64,000 nucleotides of DNA, taken from the NCBI GenBank assembly GCA_963754315.1, contig CAVWFS010000011.1, forward strand, positions 160,001 to 224,000, given 5' to 3'. Shown piece after piece: positions 63,882 to 64,000 of this stretch. The position numbers and the translations under genes are program-made. How positions within the stretch are numbered: the first letter of the stretch is position 1; each line of letters begins with the position of its first letter. The stretch comes from an uncultured Candidatus Rokubacteria bacterium (lineage in GTDB: Bacteria > Methylomirabilota > Methylomirabilia > Rokubacteriales > CSP1-6). Below the pieces are notes generated by a model, which saw only the letters and a list, made by a program, of their open reading frames with translations, was not told where the DNA came from and searched no databases.

Positions 63882-64000
63882 ATGAAGTGGGTCACTCGTG
63901 AGCGAGCCCGTGTCGATCGCATCGCCTGCCCCTGGCTGATCACACGCTTCATCGACACGGATCCGACGTTCCTGTTCGTCCCGGCTCCGCAAGTGATGGC
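63882..64000 (+). CDS. chrF: ChrF-like (ChrB C-terminal domain) protein, runs off window
   Basis: AGGAGG RBS; MKWVTRERARVDRIACPWLITRFID..PTFLFVP. Confidence 0.8.
   Translation, partial: MKWVTRERARVDRIACPWLITRFIDTDPTFLFVPAPQVM

Overview
GC-rich bacterial window. It is probably from Candidatus Rokubacteria/Methylomirabilota; this is an inference from the expanded ABC substrate-binding paralogues and the zinc-ribbon/cyclase remnants. Many single-base frameshifts in otherwise intact genes look like long-read indel errors. Three zones. (1) 1-28.8 kb: a general-stress/desiccation cluster (AI-2E x2, glgX, glycogen debranching enzyme, treZ, CsbD, DUF3309, lmo0937-type, BON, CBS, Zn-dependent dehydrogenase, LigD-Pol, DksA-like, PsiE, Pal, hybrid kinase, NtrC-type regulator), with sigma54 -24/-12 motifs ahead of most transcription units. 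(2) 29-53.8 kb: a mosaic accessory region around tRNA-Lys(UUU). It holds an integrated element bounded by a duplicated tRNA 3' half, three tyrosine integrases, IS remnants, beta-propeller and beta-helix repeat proteins, and a decaying array of substrate-binding genes. It also holds two tiny genes for basic double-glycine (VKGG) leader peptides whose cores resemble the N-terminal and C-terminal strands of the T6SS tube protein Hcp, the most novel-looking signal here. (3) 53.8-64 kb: ligC, a SorC/DeoR-type regulator coupled to trpBA, a C-N hydrolase, a cobalamin-binding protein next to collapsed nrdA-nrdB-metE remnants, and a chrB-chrA-chrF chromate operon. All calls come from reading the sequence; no database searches were run.
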